From Candidatus Brocadiia bacterium (GTDB lineage Bacteria > Planctomycetota > Brocadiia > SM23-32): a DNA stretch of 64,000 bases. Positions 60,501 through 64,000 of the stretch are shown one piece after another. Both the position numbers and the translations under genes were made by a program. The stretch is from NCBI GenBank assembly GCA_046538485.1, contig JBKHIT010000001.1:64001-128000 (forward strand). The letters run 5' to 3'. The notes under the pieces are model-generated. The model was not told where the DNA came from, did no database searches, and worked only from the letters and a program-made list of their open reading frames with translations. The stretch's first letter is position 1. The number at the start of each line of letters is the position of its first letter.

Positions 60501-60889
60501 GAGCCCACATCCAGCCATACCTCGTAGGAATCATCGAACACCACGTTGATATCGCGATTGCGTCGACGGTGGGCCTGGATAACCCGTTCACCGGGACGGA
60601 GGGGCGAGCGCATGGCGACGTAGATATTATCTTCGTCCCACATCATCCAGAAACGCGTCTGGCGGACGCTGATCTGATGGCGGGTGGTTTGAAGGGCATT
60701 CACGCTTTCGGCCCTCTGCCACTCTTTTTGATTTATCACCCCATCGATCGTCGGTTTTTTACGGGCGTAAGGAACGGTCACTGTGGGACGTTTATAGTCG
60801 CCTTTTACGGATCCCGCGAAGATGGGGGACAGTGCTACAATCGACAACAGCAAAGCGCTCGCCAGAACAATATTTAGAACTCGTCGCAC
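57560..60889 (-). CDS. Large secreted protein with N-terminal CBM9/DOMON-like domain and glycoside-hydrolase-like barrel (DUF6067-like)
   Basis: Signal peptide; PTIDGVI..EW, WDEDNIYVA, DDSYE, WEWELVIP; GIDGYYVDN. Confidence 0.65.
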   Translation of the reverse strand: MRRVLNIVLASALLLSIVALSPIFAGSVKGDYKRPTVTVPYARKKPTIDGVINQKEWQRAESVNALQTTRHQISVRQTRFWMMWDEDNIYVAMRSPLRPGERVIQAHRRRNRDINVVFDDSYEVWLDVGSTDPKTGLECFYQFLCNYAGARYDVLHLPSVGNSRLGWSSGWEPKNRITDDNEWEWELVIPRDTLGKEAPFEEGVELTCLIARNYKRPWEQNSFEGTSSFSVLETHSKYVLSKKAPAVHLLSVGDPEKKQLGLKLAAYGQKDTTVNWKFVSDGGVNKSGKLKVKKGQFSTLKPMMNLDQPGKGYFRITVTSEDGSTLLDWCAQRQFGFRKRMPKELNDRGDVVKVSPRFNPVHNYVRITGDFINYDARDTIDMVKVQVFDENGKELGQTFLKIDELAYVEGVLQLGDVPCGEYTTKITCLGKNGEKILSEANKFSKKDHAKAFDWWNTEHGNIEKVISPWEPVTFEGNEFGVWGRTMKVGAGGLPEQIVTRGTRLLAAPAELLAETADGQTLRLKPAETKGKVTFNKDHRKTVEYVGKLGSIEVRSQVKVEFDGMYKISLQLAPKSPVSVRSLEVIVLLTGETANYVHAAGSGIRTGFNYGFLPRDEKGVVWTSRKVDSQPMRAGSFIPYVWVGSTKGGLCWFADSDEGWVPNDETPAIEIRRMSGKRVDFALNLISEEFRIEKPREIVFAFQASPVKPMHDKWRMDSWWCGDTFKDWAQCGSTIWNAIPYCRDIKKCKKMVEQRHKGKNSYIFGFSKYRANAVPYFIHKKLPGHLVPEVKYFGDQWRTSISDCLYYGKTVNDYFVHNYAEWCRATGIDGYYVDNMRPVVCDNIEAGRGYRLPDGRIQPTYQMFSTRRYFLRMRAAFAEQGKHNKIVLHMTNNMIIPWVGAADIAYDGEHHVIYPEMGKDFMDFWSLERLRVDYPGQWGTAINFMHEYQGKWDTARLVKAMRAYSGAIILHDGLPSGNANGKNQPLWIGRDRFGIEADDVEFIGYWEEDTGARCDTEDVYLAVWKRPGKVLVAVVNWGEKTNARVVLDPNKLGLDSPAKWTIKDAEVGTSVGRGRNVFSSADSLGEIQHNGKGVLTVPVPRHDYRQVIVE

Positions 60890-60962
60890 GTTACAATCCT
60901 TTCTGATTCATCTGTTACTGAGCTTCTTTACTTTTACTAATGCGCCCAAACATTTGACAGTG

Positions 60963-61700
60963 AGCGGACTGGACTTCAGCCGGAGGCTGGAGTTCAGAAC
61001 GCGGTTCAGAGACCTGCAGGTCTCGCAGCACAAAGGCCAACAACAAACGGCATAGCGGCCTCGGCGATGCGGACCTACATTTCTCTGCCATTTTCCAAAC
61101 TCGCAAAAGACAATCTCGCCCTGGGGGATCTTTCTTAAACATGCCAGAGCCTCACGTATCAGGAACGTCGCGCTCATGCAGGGCGTGATCGCCGAGCACG
61201 CCCTGCTGTTCGATGCCCTGAAAGGGCATAACATAGTAGCCCGGGGTGCAGACGGCTGAAAGTCGCCGGAGCCCTGGGATTATGGGTGCGGAGAAAAAGA
61301 GTGGGCTGAAGGCCCACCACAAATCCGCTCCCGATAATACCTTTTCAGGCAAAGCACCGCGCAAAACCTCCGAGGCGACCTGAACGAGAACACGCTTTCA
61401 AACACAGCATGGATATCATTGACCCCACATTGCATCCGTCGGAGGGCGGAGTTCAGAATGCGTTTCAAGTTTTTGGAACCTCCATGCAACTTACACTTTT
61501 CCAATACTCCCCGCCTCAAGTCCCGCTTCGCCGCCGTGCGGCGGGCTCAGCTGAACTCGAGTCTTCATTCTCCCGAGCAGAGAATACCAGCACGTCATTG
61601 CGAGCCGCCGCGGCAATCCAGAAGCGCTCCGCAGTTCGCCGTACAGCACAACGCGACCGAGTGCCATCTTTGGGCCGGCAAAACAACGAGACTTCTCCGT
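60963..61700. repeat. REP-like mosaic
   Basis: Units at 60963, 61215-61323, 61432, 61510-61564 and 61594 match families seen at 23.7, 47.3-47.9 and 54.9 kb. Confidence 0.8.
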
Positions 61701-61706
61701 CAAACT

Positions 61707-64000
<2,294 letters not shown>

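Overview
Bacterial chromosomal window, most likely from an anaerobic Planctomycetota/PVC-type polysaccharide degrader (inferred from a DUF1559-like prepilin gene, sulfatases, many unassigned glycoside-hydrolase-like proteins and a class III ribonucleotide reductase). A housekeeping core at about 15-41 kb (UbiB kinase, YihY, aminotransferase, accCB, Xaa-Pro peptidase, smc, nrdR-nrdD-redoxin-nrdG, trkHA) is flanked by accessory regions. Three items stand out. (1) A group II intron whose 3' splice site, read from its domain V/VI structure, falls inside the conserved (E)L|LVVIAII prepilin N-methylation motif of a DUF1559-like gene; the intron's own domain VI encodes an in-frame RRGF-LLIV look-alike of that motif. 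(2) A four-helix-bundle gene bracketed by two 4+4 arrays of 9-bp-period inverted repeats, sitting exactly where a WD40 gene is cut off. (3) A decayed DUF1670 gene bounded by TGACATATGTCA palindromes. Intergenic regions hold mosaics of at least five REP-like palindrome families, IS66 remnants and gene fragments. No rRNA, tRNA or CRISPR array was recognised. All family calls come from motif recognition by eye, not database searches.
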